DNA of 64,000 bases. Origin: Bacilli bacterium. Its GTDB lineage: Bacteria > Bacillota_I > Bacilli_A > RF39 > UBA660. The stretch covers positions 10,401 to 74,400 of the forward strand of contig JAFYER010000009.1 of the NCBI GenBank assembly GCA_017544165.1, read 5' to 3'. Under the pieces are notes generated by a model. The model had not been told where the DNA came from and made no database searches. It worked only from the letters and a program-made list of their open reading frames with translations. A program made the position numbers and the translations under genes. Positions 60,470-64,000 of the stretch are shown here, piece after piece. Position 1 is the first letter of the stretch; every line of letters begins with the position of its first letter.

Positions 60470-60499
60470 TTTAATTATAAAATAAAAACTAGCAAATTG

Positions 60500-61732
60500 C
60501 TAGTTTTCGTTAATTTCAAGTTCAATAGCAGTTAAACGATTATATTTAGCTATTCTTTCGCCTCTTGATACAGAACCAGTTTTAATATATGGTAAATGTA
60601 ATCCTACTGCTAAATCTGCTATAAAAGTATCCTCAGTTTCACCACTTCGATGAGAAATAATCATTTGATAATCGTTTTCTCTTGCAAGTTTTATTGTTTC
60701 AAAAAATTCAGTTATTGTTCCAACTTGATTAGCTTTAAGAAGTATCGCATTGGCTGCGTGTTTTTCAATCCCTTTTTGAAGATATCTTGCTTGAGAAACA
60801 AAGAAATCATCCCCGACAACCATTATTTTATCGCCAGCTTCTTTAGTTAAAAGAGCAAAGCTTTCAATATCATCTTCATCAAAAGGATCTTCAATACTAA
60901 TTATTGGATACTTTTCTATTAAATCTAAATAATAATCATTCAACTCTTTAGCAGACATTTTTTTACCATCTAAAGTATATTCTTTAGTTTCTTTGCTATA
61001 AAATTCTGAGGCTGCTGCATCAATAGCAAGAGCAATGTCTTTACCTGGTACATAACCTGAACTTTCAATAGCCCATATTAAATATTTAAAACACTCTTCA
61101 TTATTAGCAAGGTTCGGAGCAAAGCCTCCTTCATCCCCAACTCCAGTAGCAAGGCCATCATTTTTTAGCATTCCTTTTAAAGTAACAAATACCTCGGAAG
61201 CAGCTCTTACCCTCTTTTCTTCCGTATCTAAAAGCGGTACTAACATGAATTCTTGAATATCTAAATTATTATCAGCATGTGCTCCACCATTGATAACATT
61301 TATCATAGGAATCGGTAAAGTGTAATTACCATCGCCAACATATTCATATAATTCTTTGTTTTCTAATTTAGCTAAACATTTAAGAGTTGCAAGCGAAACA
61401 CCCAAAATTGCATTAGCTCCTAAAGAAGATTTATTATCGGTACCGTCAAGTTCTAATAATAAATTATCTATAGCTTTTTGATTTAATTCAACTCCTTCTA
61501 ATTTGGGAGCAATTATTCTATTAACATTATTAACAGCAGTTAATACTCCTTTTCCATGATACCTTTTATCATCTTTATCACGTAATTCTAAAGCCTCCCT
61601 CGAACCAGTTGAGGCACCCGAAGGTACTGAAGCAACAGCACTAATGCCATTTTCTAGAATCATTTTAACTTCCACGGTAGGATTACTGCGACTATCTAAT
61701 ATTTCTCTAGCTTTTATTTCTTTTATTTTCAT
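60500..61732 (-). CDS. eno: Enolase
   Basis: REILDSRSNPTVE, PSGASTG, GDEGGFAP, LLKANQVGT, SHRSGETED. Confidence 0.98.
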   Translation of the reverse strand: MKIKEIKAREILDSRSNPTVEVKMILENGISAVASVPSGASTGSREALELRDKDDKRYHGKGVLTAVNNVNRIIAPKLEGVELNQKAIDNLLLELDGTDNKSSLGANAILGVSLATLKCLAKLENKELYEYVGDGNYTLPIPMINVINGGAHADNNLDIQEFMLVPLLDTEEKRVRAASEVFVTLKGMLKNDGLATGVGDEGGFAPNLANNEECFKYLIWAIESSGYVPGKDIALAIDAAASEFYSKETKEYTLDGKKMSAKELNDYYLDLIEKYPIISIEDPFDEDDIESFALLTKEAGDKIMVVGDDFFVSQARYLQKGIEKHAANAILLKANQVGTITEFFETIKLARENDYQMIISHRSGETEDTFIADLAVGLHLPYIKTGSVSRGERIAKYNRLTAIELEINEN

Positions 61733-61803
61733 ATATCCTCCTAATTTAATTATAAATTTATTGTCTTTTTAATGCAAATAAAAAACGCCAAAAGGCATTT
61801 TCT

Positions 61804-62382
61804 TTACCAAAAAAGTTTAATTATTCTTTCCGCTCTTCTTTTAATCATTATTGTATCAGTTAAATCTAGAACACTAGCTAAAATAATAAAATAACTAATC
61901 AATTGTATTAAAGTTAAGTTTGCAAAAGGGTTAATAATAATTAAAAAGCCAAAGACAACCAACATAATACCAATAAACATTGTTAAAAACCAAGAAGAAT
62001 CATCAGCAATTTTAAACCATACTGCATAATTAACCTTATTAGAACCAATAGCTATTAAATAAACACCGAAAATAACCACTACAAAAGAATTAACAGTATA
62101 TGGAACGAGAATTATTAACAACCCTAATGCAAGATGAATTAAAGCAAATAGCCAATTGAAGCGATATAGTTTAGCTCCATCCTTTTTTAAAAATTTAAAA
62201 AGTACGTTAATACAGTAAACAAAACAAATTCCGCCGCATATATAACCTACAGTTTTAATGTCTAAATTTTTAATAAAGAGCATAGAGCAACCTGCTATTA
62301 AAATCAATAATTCCAAAAAAATTGAAAAGTTAAGCATTTTTCGATAATCTTCAACTGTTTTATGAACAATAAATTTTTTCAT
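61804..62382 (-). CDS. HdeD/DUF308-like membrane protein
   Basis: Six hydrophobic helices with repeated G-x-x-I-I-x-N/V-P-F/Y pattern. Confidence 0.65.
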   Translation of the reverse strand: MKKFIVHKTVEDYRKMLNFSIFLELLILIAGCSMLFIKNLDIKTVGYICGGICFVYCINVLFKFLKKDGAKLYRFNWLFALIHLALGLLIILVPYTVNSFVVVIFGVYLIAIGSNKVNYAVWFKIADDSSWFLTMFIGIMLVVFGFLIIINPFANLTLIQLISYFIILASVLDLTDTIMIKRRAERIIKLFW

Positions 62383-62496
62383 AAATCACATCCTCCATTT
62401 AATTATAAGGCTTTTTTATTTTTTATGCAAATAATTACTTGAATAATAACTATAAAAAATGATATAATAATATCCTTTTGGATTAAGGAGGGAGTT

Positions 62497-63726
62497 ATGA
62501 AAATACGTAATTTAAGTATTACAGAATTTCAAGAATTTATCCGTAATAACAAATATGGTAGTTTTAGGCAAACACTTGATTATGCATTGCTAAAATCAGA
62601 ATATGGATATGAATATGAAATTATTGGATATTGTAATGGTGAAGATATTTATGCAGCTGCTTTAGTACTTGTAAAATTACTAGATGGTTATCTATATGCA
62701 TACATACCATCAGGTTTTATTGCCGACTATGATAATACTCGCTTAATTCAGGATTTTACCGAAGATTTATATAATTATTATAAAAAAGAGGATGTTATTT
62801 TTATTAAAATAAACCCACCTATCCCTATCGCTGAGATTGACAATAAAAAATATAGTAAAAAGTATAATAAAAATTATCATATTGTTTCTACTTTAAAAGA
62901 ATGTGGATTTGAAAAAACAAAAGATTCAAAAAATTTTGAAACAATGTTGCCTACAATAAATGCGATTGTTGATTTAGATTATTATGATGAAGAAAATTTA
63001 AATAAAAATACAAAAAATAAAATAAGGAAAGCTGTTCGTAAAGGATTATCCTTAGAAATTGGTAACATGGCCAATATTGATATACTAAATGAATTTGTTA
63101 AGAAAAAAATAAATAGATCTGACTTTTATTATAGTGACTATTATAGTATTTTTAAGAAAAGTAATTCTATTGATTATTTCCTTGTAAGTATCGATTATGA
63201 AAAATTAATCATTAATTCTCAAGAAGCATACAACAAAGAAACTAGAAAAAATAATAAATTGAACGAAAAAATTGCTTTTAGGCCAAAAAATAAGACTATT
63301 AATGTAAAGATGAATTCTGATAGAGCATTAGAATCTTATAAAAACGATATAGTTTTGGCAACTAAAAAAATTAATAATACCGAAAAAGAATATATAGCCG
63401 GTGCCTTAGTTGTTCATTTTGGAGATACTGCAACAATAATAATAAGCGGATATGACAAAAAATACGGTATCTATTCACCAAATTATTTTTTGTATAACGA
63501 GATTTGTAAATATTATAAAAATGAAGTTAAATATTTGGATTTAAATGGTCTTACAGCTGATTTCTCTAAAGAAAATAAATATCATGGATTAAATAATTTT
63601 AAATTGGGTTTTAAACCAAAGATTTATGAATATATTGGCGAATATGATTTGGTAATTAATCAAAGGGTTTACAACCATTTAGGTAAAAAAGGACTACTAG
63701 AAAAAGAAATAAAAAATAGCAAATAA
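62497..63726 (+). CDS. FemAB/MurM-family peptidoglycan interpeptide-bridge transferase
   Basis: FRQT..YA.LK, IFIKINP, KNKIRKA.RKG, IAGAL, GLNNFKLGF...EYIGEYD. Confidence 0.9.
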   Translation: MKIRNLSITEFQEFIRNNKYGSFRQTLDYALLKSEYGYEYEIIGYCNGEDIYAAALVLVKLLDGYLYAYIPSGFIADYDNTRLIQDFTEDLYNYYKKEDVIFIKINPPIPIAEIDNKKYSKKYNKNYHIVSTLKECGFEKTKDSKNFETMLPTINAIVDLDYYDEENLNKNTKNKIRKAVRKGLSLEIGNMANIDILNEFVKKKINRSDFYYSDYYSIFKKSNSIDYFLVSIDYEKLIINSQEAYNKETRKNNKLNEKIAFRPKNKTINVKMNSDRALESYKNDIVLATKKINNTEKEYIAGALVVHFGDTATIIISGYDKKYGIYSPNYFLYNEICKYYKNEVKYLDLNGLTADFSKENKYHGLNNFKLGFKPKIYEYIGEYDLVINQRVYNHLGKKGLLEKEIKNSK

Positions 63727-63742
63727 TTGCTATTTTTTTCAA

Positions 63743-63771
63743 AGAAAAAAGACGATTTCTCGTCTTTTTTT
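63743..63771 (-). terminator. tuf terminator
   Basis: AAAAAAGACGA-N-TCGTCTTTTTT inverted repeat just past the tuf stop. Confidence 0.75.
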
Positions 63772-63775
63772 GTAA

Positions 63776-64000
63776 TTACTTAATTATTTCAGAAATTACA
63801 CCAGCACCAACAGTACGGCCACCCTCACGAATTGAGAACTTAGTTCCTTGTTCAAGTGCAACTGGAGCGATTAATTCAACAGTCATGTCAACGTTATCGC
63901 CAGGCATAACCATTTCTACTCCAGCAGGTAATTCGATAACACCAGTAACATCTGTAGTTCTAAAATAGAATTGAGGTCTATAGTTAGAGAAGAATGGAGT
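63776..64000 (-). CDS. tuf: Elongation factor Tu (3' end)
   Basis: Translation [74 protein letters not shown]. Confidence 0.98.
   Translation of the reverse strand, partial: TPFFSNYRPQFYFRTTDVTGVIELPAGVEMVMPGDNVDMTVELIAPVALEQGTKFSIREGGRTVGAGVISEIIK

Overview
Very AT-rich, almost entirely minus-strand-coded chromosomal window from a low-GC Bacillota/Bacilli genome. Gene style suggests an uncultured RF39-like lineage (inference). The genetic code is standard: TGA ends several genes. Housekeeping landmarks are rny (partial), a polyprenyl synthetase, glmS, recG, nifJ, eno, a FemAB-family gene and the 3' end of tuf. Two large accessory loci stand out. (1) A ~13.7-kb integrated island (~6560-20250) bounded by a 9-bp core repeat that splits a host hairpin. 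It has arm-type repeats and an internally deleted tyrosine integrase, and carries an Ssp-type DNA phosphorothioation module (PAPS reductase, DUF4007, ATPase, cysteine desulfurase) followed by a PbeABCD-like effector module. (2) A ~23-kb SipW/TasA-like surface-fibre locus (~26970-49374). It has six SipW-type-signal subunits, three signal peptidase I paralogues (one degenerate) and a 2988-aa repeat adhesin. Embedded in the operon are a membrane-anchored McrB-like AAA+ GTPase, a nuclease-less McrC/DUF2357 protein and a degenerate EAL-like protein; this is the best candidate for an undescribed system. Also present are three candidate non-coding RNAs, a two-HEPN-motif protein, a nonsense-interrupted restriction-nuclease gene and an unannotated 34-aa ORF. 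All family assignments come from motif recognition by eye, not from database searches.
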